Notes: a model not told the origin generated them from the sequence alone. Numbered from the stretch's first letter, positions 39,912 to 52,505 are shown. The stretch is 64,000 bases of DNA from Oligoflexales bacterium (GCA_965226195.1 OZ245333.1:562167-626166), one strand, 5' to 3'. Numbers and translations are program-made.

Positions 39912-40429
39912 ACATTGCCGCACGCTATGCCCGTGCCCTATTTGCACTTGATGGTGATGCCGCAGCACGGCAAGAGCAACTCGCGGTCATCAGCGAGGCT
40001 TGCACCGCGCCACAAGCACTTGCCTTCTGGCAACATCCGGGCGTGAAGCTGCGCGAGCGTCAGGAACTTGCCGCCGCAGTTGCTGCCCGCGTTGACTCCA
40101 GCAATAAGCAGCTGCACAACTTCTTGCTACTGCTGGTCGAACAGCAGCGCATGCACCTGTTGCCAGCCATAGCCACCTTGCACTCAGAACTGGTGAAAAA
40201 ACAGGCAGGAATCGTCGATGTCGTCGTGACTTCTTCGCACCCGCTGCAGGCAGAACAGCAGGAGGAAATTAAAAAAACAGTTACGGCCTATTTACAGACA
40301 AAAATAACCATCGCCTTCACCGTCGATGCTCGCATCTTGGGTGGCCTCATCGTTGCCTGGGAACATCGTGTGTGGGATTTCAGTCTCAGCACAAAACTGA
40401 AGGCCATGGTTAAACACGCAGTAGGGTGA
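39908..40429 (+). CDS. atpH: ATP synthase F1 subunit delta
   Basis: AARYARALF; VD..ILGG..D.S. Confidence 0.92.
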   Translation: MNIAARYARALFALDGDAAARQEQLAVISEACTAPQALAFWQHPGVKLRERQELAAAVAARVDSSNKQLHNFLLLLVEQQRMHLLPAIATLHSELVKKQAGIVDVVVTSSHPLQAEQQEEIKKTVTAYLQTKITIAFTVDARILGGLIVAWEHRVWDFSLSTKLKAMVKHAVG

Positions 40430-40452
40430 CTTGCAACCCTTCAACAAGTAAC

Positions 40453-41145
40453 TCAGTCATCTGCTGCATCGAGCACTTCTTCAGATGTTTCTTCCCGCGT
40501 GCGATGATGGAAGTTTCCCTCACCAAACAGGTCTGTGTAGCTAATAAAAACTCCGTTATTGAAGGTCAAACCATCTCTTGCCACTGTCAACGGAAAACTA
40601 CCGTTCTCCTTAACTAGTGCATTTATGCGCGAGAATACCTTGTCAGCAACTCCTGCGTCATTTGGAATAACAAACTGAAGCATCCAAAAGTACAAGCCAG
40701 TTGCACCGATAGCACCAATCTTAACCTCGTTAGCGATCCAAAGTTGTGAATCACCATGAAGCTTTTCGACGACTAGATCCATGACATCTTCCACACCGCT
40801 ACGGTATGCTTCTCCTATGTCTTTTTCAGCCTCACGGTGCTTGCTAAAGGCCAAATATGAGGAAAGCGTAGCGCTGAAAAAAGAAAGACTTACCAACGTT
40901 CCAACGCCAGGGTGCTCCGCTAACCCTAAAATATGCATAAGCGAAGCACTACCAGCGCAAAGCGCTGTGCTGCAAAATAGGGCAACCAAGGTAGATTCAC
41001 GCTCCATAACTTCAACCACCTTACCAGACAACCTTTGTAGCGCATTGCGTGCACCCTTCGCCTCAGCCTGAGCTTGACCACTAACCAGCACTAGAGCGGT
41101 GGACAACAACACAACCATCAAGACGCGTTTCATTACATTTGCCAT
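40453..41145 (-). CDS. signal-peptide-bearing membrane protein inserted antisense within the atp operon
   Basis: GAGGAG RBS; SP (AQA), basic linker, further hydrophobic segments. Confidence 0.7.
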   Translation of the reverse strand: MANVMKRVLMVVLLSTALVLVSGQAQAEAKGARNALQRLSGKVVEVMERESTLVALFCSTALCAGSASLMHILGLAEHPGVGTLVSLSFFSATLSSYLAFSKHREAEKDIGEAYRSGVEDVMDLVVEKLHGDSQLWIANEVKIGAIGATGLYFWMLQFVIPNDAGVADKVFSRINALVKENGSFPLTVARDGLTFNNGVFISYTDLFGEGNFHHRTREETSEEVLDAADD

Positions 41146-41545
41146 GTAGATACTCCTCAACTGTAAGTATTGATAACTACGCCCGTCCCACTAGGCTGGT
41201 TTTGTATAACAAAAACTATTGTTATGTAAACATTGAAATAAATAAATGAGTAACACAACTAAAATTACAGGATATTTTTTGATTTTAAATATAAAACCAG
41301 TATAGAGAAGATACTCCAACAAGCGGTGATGACAGGCGAACTGGTTGAAGTTATGGCGGCGAGCGCGGTGCTGCTTCAAGCACCGGTGCCGTGCAACTGT
41401 GTGCCTGAGGCCATAGTTGCACAAAGTTGTTGAGTATTGTCGTGCTTCGTGGTAATTGCTCCTGTCACTGTGGAGACACAGTAGATGGAAAGTTTCAGCC
41501 TAGTGCCGCGGGTACAGGTGATCGTTGGACATGTGGTGAGAAAAA

Positions 41546-43054
41546 ATGGAAAGAATCAAAGTCAGCGAAGTCAGCAAAATTATCAGCGAACGCATCAAGT
41601 CCTACGAGTATCAGGAGAATCTCATCGAGACCGGCACGGTGATGTCAGTGGGCGATGGCATTGCCCGTGTCTATGGCTTGCAGGAGGTGATGGCAGGCGA
41701 ACTGGTTGAATTCGCCGGCGGCGAACGTGGCATAGTCTTGAATCTCGAAGAGGACAACGTCGGTATCGCGATTTTCAGCGATTGCAAGGCAATTCGTGAA
41801 GGTGATCAGGTCAAGCGCTTGCAGCTGATCAACTCCATTCCTTGCGGCGAAGCGGTAATCGGCAGAGTGCTCGATGCGCTCGGCAATCCCATCGACGGCA
41901 AGGGGGAGATCGCTGCCGCCGAACAAGGGCAGGTTGAAGTCAAGGCACCGGGCATTATCGCGCGCAAAAAAGTATGCGAGCCACTGCAGACAGGGTTAAA
42001 AGTTATCGATGCACTCACCCCCATTGGCCGCGGCCAGCGGGAGCTGATTATCGGTGATCGGCAGACGGGCAAGACAGCGATCGCCATCGACACGATCATC
42101 AATCAAAAAAAAGAAGACGTGGTCTGCATTTACGTCGCCATCGGGCAGAAAGCCTCTACCATCGCCAAAATCGTTGACACGCTGCAAAAACACGGAGCGA
42201 TGGACTATACCGTTATTCTTGCCGCAACTGCCATTGATCCTGCCCCGATGCAGTTTCTCGCCCCCTACTCTGGCTGTCGCATCGGCGAATACTTTCGTGA
42301 CCGCGGCAAGCACGTCGCCATCTTCTACGATGACCTGACCAAGCAGGCGGTCGCCTACCGTGAACTATCACTCTTGCTGCGCCGCCCACCGGGACGTGAA
42401 GCTTATCCCGGCGATGTCTTCTACCTGCACAGCCGTCTGCTCGAACGCGCCTGCAAACTCAACGACGATCTCGGTGGTGGCTCATTGACAGCCTTTCCAA
42501 TCATTGAAACGCAGGCGGGCGATATTTCCGCTTACATTCCCACCAACGTTATTTCGATTACCGACGGGCAGATCTTTCTGGAAGCGGATTTGTTTTTCAG
42601 CGGTGTGCGCCCAGCAATGAACGCTGGCTTGTCGGTGTCGCGGGTCGGCGGCGACGCACAAGTGCCGTGTGTGCAAAAAGTTGCGGGCACGTTGCGGCTA
42701 GAACTGGCACAGTATCGGGAACTGGCTGCTTTTGCGCAGTTTGGCTCGGATCTCGACGAGGCGACACAAAAAACATTGCGACGCGGCGAGCGGCTAGTGG
42801 AAATTTTGAAACAGCCGCAGTTTGAACCGCTCGATGTCGGCACACAAGCGGTGCTGCTGTTCGCCGCCACGACAGGTGCGCTCGACAGTTACGAGGTGAA
42901 GGACATTGCCGCGTGGATGCACGGTCTGTTCGCCTACCTGAAAGACCACTGCGGAGCACTGCTCGACAAAATCAGAGGACGAGCGAAACTCGACGAAGTG
43001 CGGGAGGAAATGCAGGCAGCGTTGGATAAATTTGCACAGGGGTATGCGAGCTGA
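41546..43054 (+). CDS. atpA: ATP synthase F1 subunit alpha
   Basis: [18 protein letters not shown]. Confidence 0.99.
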   Translation: MERIKVSEVSKIISERIKSYEYQENLIETGTVMSVGDGIARVYGLQEVMAGELVEFAGGERGIVLNLEEDNVGIAIFSDCKAIREGDQVKRLQLINSIPCGEAVIGRVLDALGNPIDGKGEIAAAEQGQVEVKAPGIIARKKVCEPLQTGLKVIDALTPIGRGQRELIIGDRQTGKTAIAIDTIINQKKEDVVCIYVAIGQKASTIAKIVDTLQKHGAMDYTVILAATAIDPAPMQFLAPYSGCRIGEYFRDRGKHVAIFYDDLTKQAVAYRELSLLLRRPPGREAYPGDVFYLHSRLLERACKLNDDLGGGSLTAFPIIETQAGDISAYIPTNVISITDGQIFLEADLFFSGVRPAMNAGLSVSRVGGDAQVPCVQKVAGTLRLELAQYRELAAFAQFGSDLDEATQKTLRRGERLVEILKQPQFEPLDVGTQAVLLFAATTGALDSYEVKDIAAWMHGLFAYLKDHCGALLDKIRGRAKLDEVREEMQAALDKFAQGYAS

Positions 43055-43936
43055 ATGGAAACGCTGAAAGAAATTAAAAAACGCGTCACCAGTGTCAAGA
43101 ACACGCAGAAAATCACCAATGCGATGAAACTCGTCTCTTCAGCAAAGTTCAACAAAGCGAACAAAGCAGTGCGCGGCGCACATCCTTATAGCAGCGAGCT
43201 CAGCAAGTTGATGACACAGCTGGTAGGCGGGGACGTGGAACACCCGCTGATGCACGAGCACGACGCAACCACGCAAGTGCTGATGGTCGTCTTCAGCACC
43301 GACCGCGGTCTCTGTGGTGCATTGAACGCCAACCTGTTGAAACATTTGCGCGGTGAGTTATTGCAGCGTTTTGGCAAAAATTTTGCTACACGAGTTGATT
43401 TTATTGCGCTGGGAAAAAAAGCCGAGCAGTTTTGTCGTAAAAATAAATTCAACCTCGTGCAAGTCGAGCATCGCGTTGAGCATCTCGATCAGTCCAGCTG
43501 GCCGCTCGCCTTTTCAAAGCAATTAAGCACGCACTTTCGGCAAAAAAAATATGCTGGCATCTATCTTTCTTATCAGCTCTTCATCTCGGCCTTGCTGCAA
43601 CGTCCGCTGTTGACACAAATTCTCCCCATCGGTGCGCACGAGGCAGAAGAGGAGACGGAGGATGAGCTGCACGACGACGCGGCGTTGTTTTTAATCGAGC
43701 CGCAACGTAAGGCGGTGGTCGAGCAGCTGCTGTTGCGTTATGCGTCTAACCAGATTTTTCGGGCAATTTTGAACAGCGTCGCGTCCGAGCATCGGGCACG
43801 CATGAATGCGATGGACAATGCCACCAACAATGCCAAGAAAGTAGTGAAGGAGTTGACGTTGCAGTATAACAGGGGGCGGCAGGCCGCGATTACTAAGGAG
43901 TTGATCGAAATAACTGCAGGTGTGCAGGCGATTTAG
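43055..43936 (+). CDS. atpG: ATP synthase F1 subunit gamma
   Basis: KITNAMKLV, DRGLCG, RQAAITKEL. Confidence 0.98.
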   Translation: METLKEIKKRVTSVKNTQKITNAMKLVSSAKFNKANKAVRGAHPYSSELSKLMTQLVGGDVEHPLMHEHDATTQVLMVVFSTDRGLCGALNANLLKHLRGELLQRFGKNFATRVDFIALGKKAEQFCRKNKFNLVQVEHRVEHLDQSSWPLAFSKQLSTHFRQKKYAGIYLSYQLFISALLQRPLLTQILPIGAHEAEEETEDELHDDAALFLIEPQRKAVVEQLLLRYASNQIFRAILNSVASEHRARMNAMDNATNNAKKVVKELTLQYNRGRQAAITKELIEITAGVQAI

Positions 43937-45343
<1,407 letters not shown>

Positions 45344-45351
45344 GAATAGCA

Positions 45352-45768
45352 ATGTCGAGCGCAACTTTAGCCGTAAAAATCATGACGCAGCGCGCCGAGC
45401 TTGCCGTGTTGGAAGCGGCGGAGGTCAATCTTCCCGCCACTGATGGCTATCTTGGCATTCTGGCCGGACACGCACCGTTGATTGCGACAATCGGGGTCGG
45501 GGTTGTCAGTTTGCGAGACAACAACGACAAACCGCCACAGCGTTATTTCATCGCCAACGGTATCTTCAGTGTCACCGACAACCGCGTGCAAATTCTCGCC
45601 GATGTCGCCGAAAGCAAAGAGCAGATCGATATTGAACGTGCGCAAGCAAGCAAGGCACGTGCCGAGCAACGCCTCAAAGAGGCATTGCATAGCAACATCG
45701 ACATCGTACGCGCTTCCGCTGCGCTCCAACGTGCTCTACAACGCCTTGCCTTCAGGCAAGGTGGCTAG
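45352..45768 (+). CDS. atpC: ATP synthase F1 subunit epsilon
   Basis: G.LGILAGHAP; IDIERA. Confidence 0.95.
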   Translation: MSSATLAVKIMTQRAELAVLEAAEVNLPATDGYLGILAGHAPLIATIGVGVVSLRDNNDKPPQRYFIANGIFSVTDNRVQILADVAESKEQIDIERAQASKARAEQRLKEALHSNIDIVRASAALQRALQRLAFRQGG

Positions 45769-45795
45769 ATGTTTTTTGTTTTAGGGAGATTTGTT

Positions 45796-46326
45796 ATGCG
45801 AAGGTTGGGTTTGTCTTTGCTTTTGTTATTCGGTGTAGCTGAGGCACGCGAGTACTTGGGAACTGGCGGTTGGAACATCCCCTTTGATAGTGAGCAGGGA
45901 AAGTTGCGTTTCGTTTATGCTACTAAAGAATGGTGGAAGACTGATTACTATCCTAGTAGTGCTTCCTTTACCTTAGCTTTTGATTTTGAAAACCCTCCGC
46001 GCGGGTGGTTGCCCAACAATCTGACTGTGCGTGGCAATATCTATTTCGACAACAGACTAGATGAGTTTGAAGGTGGGGGAATATATGCTGCCGATGATTG
46101 GAATAAAATTATCGGTTGGTACAATTGTCGTTCAGAAACCAACGATCGCCGTATCTGTAACCTGAGTTTTCTGGAGGGAAAAAATAGTTACGGTGAACGG
46201 GTGTGGCTTAAGTTGCAAAAAACTTTCGAGAATGGCACATTGTGTTATCTTTCTGGCTATATGTATGAGTGTCAATGGTGCGACGAACAATGGCTGGTCT
46301 GGAACAGCAAACGCCTGTGTGATTAG
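45796..46326 (+). CDS. secreted Cys/Trp-rich hypothetical protein
   Basis: Signal peptide (AEA); YLGTGGW..LVW..L pattern loosely like 34086/38225. Confidence 0.7.
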   Translation: MRRLGLSLLLLFGVAEAREYLGTGGWNIPFDSEQGKLRFVYATKEWWKTDYYPSSASFTLAFDFENPPRGWLPNNLTVRGNIYFDNRLDEFEGGGIYAADDWNKIIGWYNCRSETNDRRICNLSFLEGKNSYGERVWLKLQKTFENGTLCYLSGYMYECQWCDEQWLVWNSKRLCD

Positions 46327-46353
46327 TTTAAACTAGACAGGAGATTATTTATC

Positions 46354-47796
46354 ATGAAAACTTTTATTTTGATGATAGCTGTGCTGGTATGGTCGAGTTC
46401 TGCCTCTGCAAGTAGCGCACAAGGGCTGCTGCATGCCTCTAAAGCAAGGATCGCAGCAAAATTGAAAAACAATCCACTTACTCACAAAGCTGCAACTTTA
46501 GGTCTTGCAGCCCTATTCCTTATGCCTATCGTGCCAAGTGAAGTATTGGCGAAGGAAGTGGCTCGTTTACAGGCTGAGACCAATGTCCAACAAGTTGCTG
46601 GTGGGGAAAATCAAGACACTTCTAGTGCTCTTAGCATTATGGCACGTGATAAACTTGAAGATGTGGTTGCAATTACCAGCACAACCACATCCGAAGTCAG
46701 CGAGCTTGAAATTCCCGATCGCAACAAAATTTTCATACTTGCCAGTATTTTCGGGGATTTGGATGTGACCAAATACCTTGTCAGCACTGGGTTGCAACAT
46801 GTTGACGGCTTCGGTATCACCGATGCTCTTGCCAAATCTGTGTACTATGGGCACATGGATGTTTTCGAATATCTGCTGCCTCTCGCTGGTGATCATAAGC
46901 AAGCCAATGTACGTCAGGAAGCACAGCTTTCTAGTCAACGCACAGAGCGTGCCAATGCATTAATTGAAAACGCAATATATACTTTCTACGCACTCGACGA
47001 AAGCGAAAACCCTCTTTCTGTTCGCCACCAAGCTTTTCGTTTGGCGCTCAAATTCGGAGACTTGCCGGTGGTCAAACTTATGTTCGATCAGAATGATGAA
47101 GGAGTACAAGAACTTTACGATACTTTCTACGGGGTTCATAGCACCATGAGGTGGGCTGCGCGCTATGGTCATTTAGATATCGTTAAGTATGCCTGGGAAC
47201 AGGGAGGAGGGTCAGCTGAAGATAACTATTTTCGTTCTAACAGTATGTATGCGGCTGCACTCAAAGGCCATCTGGACATAGTTAAATACCTCCATTCGAT
47301 GGGGCTTTCTCCCTTCATAGGCTTAGAGGATGCATTTGATGGTGGTCACTTAGATACAATCAAATATCTGCTAGATGCCGCTTTTCGAGAGGCCACCGAC
47401 GATAGTGACTACGACTACCTCCAAAAAATCGTGTATAGAGCACTCATTGCTGGGGGTGATAGAGCTAGGGGGGTAAAATTCCAAAAAATCGTGTACAGAA
47501 CACTCATTATGGCTGCATATAGAGGGAATTTGGAGGTTGTTAAAAACCTTCTGCCCCATGCAGACGGGAAGAGGCTGAATAACTTAAACTCAGCCATGCA
47601 AACAGCAACTCGCGGCGGACACTTGGACATCGTTAAATACCTCTTGGCTGAAGGTGCTGATGATATCGACCGTTCTTTACAGGAGGCAAGGCAATCCATA
47701 GAGTACGGTCTTAGGCGTGGCGAGGACGTTAAAAACCATCAGCTTGTCTTGTATTACCTCACTGAAGTGAAGTCTCGTAGTTTGCTTCAAGACTAA
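46354..47796 (+). CDS. ankyrin-repeat protein (GHLDIVKYL type) with tandem signal peptides
   Basis: SP1 ..ASA, SP2 ..LMPIVPSEVLA; many GHLD(I/T)VKY repeats. Confidence 0.9.
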   Translation: MKTFILMIAVLVWSSSASASSAQGLLHASKARIAAKLKNNPLTHKAATLGLAALFLMPIVPSEVLAKEVARLQAETNVQQVAGGENQDTSSALSIMARDKLEDVVAITSTTTSEVSELEIPDRNKIFILASIFGDLDVTKYLVSTGLQHVDGFGITDALAKSVYYGHMDVFEYLLPLAGDHKQANVRQEAQLSSQRTERANALIENAIYTFYALDESENPLSVRHQAFRLALKFGDLPVVKLMFDQNDEGVQELYDTFYGVHSTMRWAARYGHLDIVKYAWEQGGGSAEDNYFRSNSMYAAALKGHLDIVKYLHSMGLSPFIGLEDAFDGGHLDTIKYLLDAAFREATDDSDYDYLQKIVYRALIAGGDRARGVKFQKIVYRTLIMAAYRGNLEVVKNLLPHADGKRLNNLNSAMQTATRGGHLDIVKYLLAEGADDIDRSLQEARQSIEYGLRRGEDVKNHQLVLYYLTEVKSRSLLQD

Positions 47797-48022
47797 TATG
47801 TTGCTGAACGAAAGCTGAGGGGAAAACGTTATCGTCATCGGCTAAGATGGAGAGAATAGCTGCGCAAAAACTCACCGGGAGGGAAAACCCACTTACATGT
47901 TGATACATCTTGCTTGTGATTACCTGTAAGGGCATCACAAGCGTTGTGTGTCCTACTGAGCAAACAATCACGAATGAGCTTACTACTCACTGTTTTCCCT
48001 TTCTGCGTTTCCATCCCCCGCA

Positions 48023-49576
48023 TCAGTCCTCTCTTATCTTAATCAGTTCTTGAATTACCGGAGTGTTGCGTATGCCGTCCAGTCCACCAGACATGGGGAT
48101 GAACTTGCCCTCGCCCGCAATCAGTTCTTGCACGATCTTACTGCCGCTCAACTCAGCCCAATATGTGGCAGTTCTACCCTCGCCGTCCTTGCCACCCATT
48201 GCCTGCAGTAAGATAGCAGCAGTCGCAGCTAGCGGTGACTTTTCATCAGCAGAATGATACCTGTGTTTTTTCACCACATAATCGTAAGCGGCATACCCAT
48301 CGTTATCTAGCGCAAGAGCATCAACATCATGTGCCATCAGCATGTTCGTCATCACAAAAATTCGCATTGCCTCGCCGAAACCACTGTAAAATTTTTCCGC
48401 AGCCGCGTGGAGAGCTGTCCAGCCCTGTGCATTAACAATGCTGGGATTGCCACCATGTTTCAACAGAGTCTCCACTCCCAAGTAGTTGCCAGTGTAGGCC
48501 GCGACATGCATGGCAGTGAAGCCATTTTCAGGATGTATTGCATTAGCATCAGCACCGCGGTTGAGAAGGGTGGCCAACATCGTGGCATTAGAATCAGTGA
48601 CATGACTGACTACCGTGCCTATGCCGCGAATTTGCGCAGCATGGAATATACCCGCGCTGGGATTAGTCCCATGATCGAGCAGCACCTTAACCACGTCACC
48701 GTTGTTTTCACTCACTGCGGCAGTTAGCAAATCACCACCCCATTGCTCAACAACAGGGACAATGCCACCATACTCTGCGGCTAAAGCTAGAAACTTTTCT
48801 CCATCAGCCAGCTCTGCTCCTAACTCTAGAGCGTAGTAATATCCACGCTGTCCTTTCTCCGTGAGACGAACGTCAGCCCCTCTTGCCACCATTTCCTTGG
48901 CCAAACGTGTGTCGCCTAGATAACTTGCCCAACGCAAGGCATAATCCAGCGGCACACTGCCACCAAAACCACCATTGATGCCATAGATAGCCTCTGACAA
49001 CAGAGCCATGAACCCAAGCAGCTCAGGATCATCTCCTGCATCACCGCTGTCAATGTAGGAATAAGCTGATTCGCCTGCATCGTTCTCGGCTTCAGGATCA
49101 GCTCCATGCACAAGCAGGAGTCGCATTAACTTGTAGGCTTTGCTTTCATCAACAGGGTAATTCACAACAATTTTGAGCAAAACCGTGTTACCATACTCGT
49201 CTCTGGCATTGACATCTACTTTACCTTGTTCGAGCAACTTCTTCAGTCGCTGGTAATCAGATTCATTTTCTTCGCGATAGCTATATTCCCGATAGATTTC
49301 GTGCAAGGAAATAAGGTCTTGCTTTGCCTTAGCGGGAGATGACTGTTGTATGAGCTGTGCAGGATGAGCTACATCTTTTGCCAACACCTCAACGGGCACT
49401 ATAGGCATGAGCAACAGCGCACCAGTTCCCAACACGGCTGTCCCTCTGACTAACTTCGTAACTACTGGATTGTGCTTTATCGCTGTCTTCATGCCGGCCA
49501 CAGAAGCCAAGCCACTAGTACTGCATACTGCAATACTAACCAGCAACACGAGCACTATAACCCAAAACCGTTTCAT
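48023..49576 (-). CDS. ankyrin-repeat protein (34831/36460 family body) with tandem signal peptides
   Basis: SP2 ..LMPIVPVEVLA; VDVNARDE.GNT; GRTATYWAELSGS. Confidence 0.9.
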   Translation of the reverse strand: MKRFWVIVLVLLVSIAVCSTSGLASVAGMKTAIKHNPVVTKLVRGTAVLGTGALLLMPIVPVEVLAKDVAHPAQLIQQSSPAKAKQDLISLHEIYREYSYREENESDYQRLKKLLEQGKVDVNARDEYGNTVLLKIVVNYPVDESKAYKLMRLLLVHGADPEAENDAGESAYSYIDSGDAGDDPELLGFMALLSEAIYGINGGFGGSVPLDYALRWASYLGDTRLAKEMVARGADVRLTEKGQRGYYYALELGAELADGEKFLALAAEYGGIVPVVEQWGGDLLTAAVSENNGDVVKVLLDHGTNPSAGIFHAAQIRGIGTVVSHVTDSNATMLATLLNRGADANAIHPENGFTAMHVAAYTGNYLGVETLLKHGGNPSIVNAQGWTALHAAAEKFYSGFGEAMRIFVMTNMLMAHDVDALALDNDGYAAYDYVVKKHRYHSADEKSPLAATAAILLQAMGGKDGEGRTATYWAELSGSKIVQELIAGEGKFIPMSGGLDGIRNTPVIQELIKIRED

Positions 49577-49817
49577 GATGAACTCCTTCATACAAGTTAC
49601 AAATCCACCCCTCGTCATGACATGTCATAGAGTAAGTCGATCACAGCTGTAGGTATCAAGCACAAATGGCTAACACAACCATAGCAGTGATAATCAGACT
49701 GATAACAGAGCTTGCCCTTTACCACAACCGTCTCTGGGAACATTGCTGCCAGCCAGCGTTAGCCACGCTTTGCAAAGAGACAACCAACCCTTCGTAACGG
49801 CTAAGCCCCCCATCAAT

Positions 49818-50669
49818 TTAGTGTTGTGGTCGCGGCAACACAGCCCAGAGCTGATCAATCGGAGCAATTCCATATTTATTCTTGCGATGTAGGTTTGCCC
49901 CTATCTCAATCAGGCTTCTCGCCAAACCAAATTTGTGTAGTTCGATGGCAGTGGCAAGAGGAGTATTGCCAGCATTGTTCACCACCTTCATATCTGCCCC
50001 AGATTTTACCAAATGTGCAATGATTTCTCTATCCAATCCACGCTGCACCGCCACATGTAAAGGCGTAAGGCCATGGTTGTCATGAACATTGAGCCAAGCA
50101 CCAACATCGACAAGATAAGAAATCATTGCCTTGACCTTTGCTCGCATGTCCGGATCGCGGTGTGGCTCTAGGAGACGATAAATAGCAGTGCGATGCCACA
50201 GGTCTCTGAGATTAGGAGACAGCCCCGCATCGATCAACTCCTGTGTTACATCGAGATGAAGAGCTTCGACAGCCGGATAAAGCGCTGTCCAGTTGTTATC
50301 GTCGCGCAAATCTATATTTGCTCCCTTTCTGATCAGGTAAGCAACTGGCTCTCTCTTCCCCGCTGCTGCTGCACGTATAAGCGCGGACTGGCCTATCGCA
50401 TCGACTGTATCAATCCTAGCCTTGTAACGAAATATGATACGAGTTAGCTCCATATTCCCCGTCTCCACAGCCAACGCTAAGATAGGCTGCTCGCGCCCGC
50501 CAAAAGCTATCGTGTTAGCTCCCCGTGTATTGGTTATAGCTAAGATGCGGGTCACCGTCTTGACATCTTCAGCCAACACCGCCCTAATCAGCTCTCCGGC
50601 TTGAGGTATTCTTGGCTTGGCAACTGTCACACCCGATAAAACCATAGATACCAGAATTAAAATCCTCAT
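49818..50669 (-). CDS. secreted ankyrin-repeat protein
   Basis: AGGAG RBS; single SP; GQSALI, GLTPLH, GNTPL. Confidence 0.9.
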   Translation of the reverse strand: MRILILVSMVLSGVTVAKPRIPQAGELIRAVLAEDVKTVTRILAITNTRGANTIAFGGREQPILALAVETGNMELTRIIFRYKARIDTVDAIGQSALIRAAAAGKREPVAYLIRKGANIDLRDDNNWTALYPAVEALHLDVTQELIDAGLSPNLRDLWHRTAIYRLLEPHRDPDMRAKVKAMISYLVDVGAWLNVHDNHGLTPLHVAVQRGLDREIIAHLVKSGADMKVVNNAGNTPLATAIELHKFGLARSLIEIGANLHRKNKYGIAPIDQLWAVLPRPQH

Positions 50670-51123
50670 ATTAATTCTCCTTATAATTTGGTTAACACAC
50701 ATAAATGACAACCGACTCCTCCAAATCAATAACCCACCCGCGTTATCTCATACCATATAGGAAAATAAATTGTCATGCCAAGCCTTTTAATTTCACACTA
50801 TTAGCATCTCTAAACAAAAAACTAAATAATATTAATACGTTGCGAAAAGGGGAAAAGAGCGAAATCAAGATTGAGAGTGTGGCCGACGACGGGGCATATG
50901 ACGAGACGACAGGTACAGCAGATCCACCACAGTACCAATATTGTAACCTGAAGATAACGATAACTCCAGCCAATAAAGAAAAGAACATCACAGTGCGATC
51001 ATTAAAAAAACAATATGGAAATGTGGAGGTTAACGAAATACCACAACAACAGTGAGCATAGTGTCAATGGCTACACTCTGCCCATCCGTAAAAACAACCT
51101 CCGTGTCGTCTATACGCTCCCTG

Positions 51124-52023
51124 CTACTTCATGAACTCGGAAAATATTTTTTCCAGTGCATCGAAGGCATACTGCGAGGTGGCCATCAGTTCACGGCTGG
51201 GGATGAAAATAAATTTTTGTTGTTTGACCGCCTGCATGTTTTTCCATCCAGAGGCTTTGCCTAAGCGAGTGATAGCCTCCTGTCGCGTGTAGATGCCCGT
51301 CGGAATGACAATAATGTCTGGCTGTAAAGTTGCTAAAATTTCCGTGCTGATGACACGAAAGCCCTTTATCTTCTGCTGTGTGGCAAGGTTGATGCCTCCT
51401 GCATGGGTAACAAGAGCATCAAACAATGTGCCTTGTCCCATGACCGTGTTGTCGGTGAAAAAATTCAATACCCGCGGTTTCGCCTGTGTGCGGCGGGCTG
51501 AGGAGATGAGCACTAACTTCTGTCGCAATACCTTGACCAGTGCTTGCGCACGCGGCAATGCACCGACCCTCTTGCCGAGATGCATGATGTTCGCTAAAAT
51601 ATGCTCCAGCCGAGTGGCTTTCTTTAGCACGATGGTATCGATGCCCAGATGCTGGGCGAGATTGACGAACTCAGGCCGATTAAAGAGCGAGTAGACGATC
51701 AGGTCGGGACGCAGACTGACGACATGCTCAACACTGGTTGTCTTTAGCGTCGGAGGCAAGTGGGGCAGGTGATGGATGTTGCTGTGCAGTTTATTTGTGG
51801 CTAACGCGGAAACGGCACGCAGACGCGGTGTGTCGCCAATGAGGGTGAAAAGCATTTCATCAGCAGTCAAAGCAGTCGAGACAATACGCTGTGGCACTGC
51901 TGCCAGCAAGACACTGCTGGCAAAAAAAATAACACCGAGCACGAGAAACACTTGCCTAAAATAATAAGCAGAGGATAGAGAGCATTTCGTTTTGGTGTCG
52001 CGCTCTTTCAGCATTCCGTCCAA
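51124..52023 (-). CDS. BtuF/FepB-like ABC substrate-binding protein (cobalamin/iron chelate)
   Basis: PQRIVS..ADEML, E.VVSLRPDL, AGGIN, E.LATLQPD. Confidence 0.85.
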   Translation of the reverse strand: MDGMLKERDTKTKCSLSSAYYFRQVFLVLGVIFFASSVLLAAVPQRIVSTALTADEMLFTLIGDTPRLRAVSALATNKLHSNIHHLPHLPPTLKTTSVEHVVSLRPDLIVYSLFNRPEFVNLAQHLGIDTIVLKKATRLEHILANIMHLGKRVGALPRAQALVKVLRQKLVLISSARRTQAKPRVLNFFTDNTVMGQGTLFDALVTHAGGINLATQQKIKGFRVISTEILATLQPDIIVIPTGIYTRQEAITRLGKASGWKNMQAVKQQKFIFIPSRELMATSQYAFDALEKIFSEFMK

Positions 52024-52505
52024 GCAAACCGCTCGACTGGGTCTTTCCCATGCTCCTTGTAGGAATAGAATATCTTAAGCCGCAGTCCCTTTTGCTCCTC
52101 ATCGCTGTAGTACGGCAGCATATCGATGGGAAAATCTTTCAGAGTTATGGTCTGACCGCCGTAAACAAATGTTGCGGGGCCGAGGGCATCCGACAGGAAA
52201 TCTTCATAGTAGCATTCATTTTCGCCAATAGTTTCATAAAAAGGCTCAGGTAGAGCACTGTCCCAAGCATAGTCCTCCAAATCGGAGAAATCATCGTCAG
52301 ACATTTTCATAGGGATGGAAAACTTTCCACTGATTGTTTTACCTGCCACGGTGATAGTCGCACTATCATCAATCAGATATCTCTCTACTCTGACTACTTT
52401 GGTGTGTCCAATATGTCCTTGACCAAAGCTATCGTCATCTCTCCCATGCCCCTCAACCACTGGCACGGCAACAGCTAACAACAAAAATAAAGCTAACCAA
52501 CGCAT
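52008..52505 (-). CDS. secreted acidic hypothetical protein
   Basis: GGAGG RBS; signal peptide MRWLALFLLLAVAV. Confidence 0.7.
   Translation of the reverse strand: MRWLALFLLLAVAVPVVEGHGRDDDSFGQGHIGHTKVVRVERYLIDDSATITVAGKTISGKFSIPMKMSDDDFSDLEDYAWDSALPEPFYETIGENECYYEDFLSDALGPATFVYGGQTITLKDFPIDMLPYYSDEEQKGLRLKIFYSYKEHGKDPVERFAWTEC

Noticed and set aside
50705-51055. 116-aa ORF
   Set aside because: The 5' half overlaps AT-rich promoter-like DNA; the 3' half may be a gene remnant but cannot be assigned.
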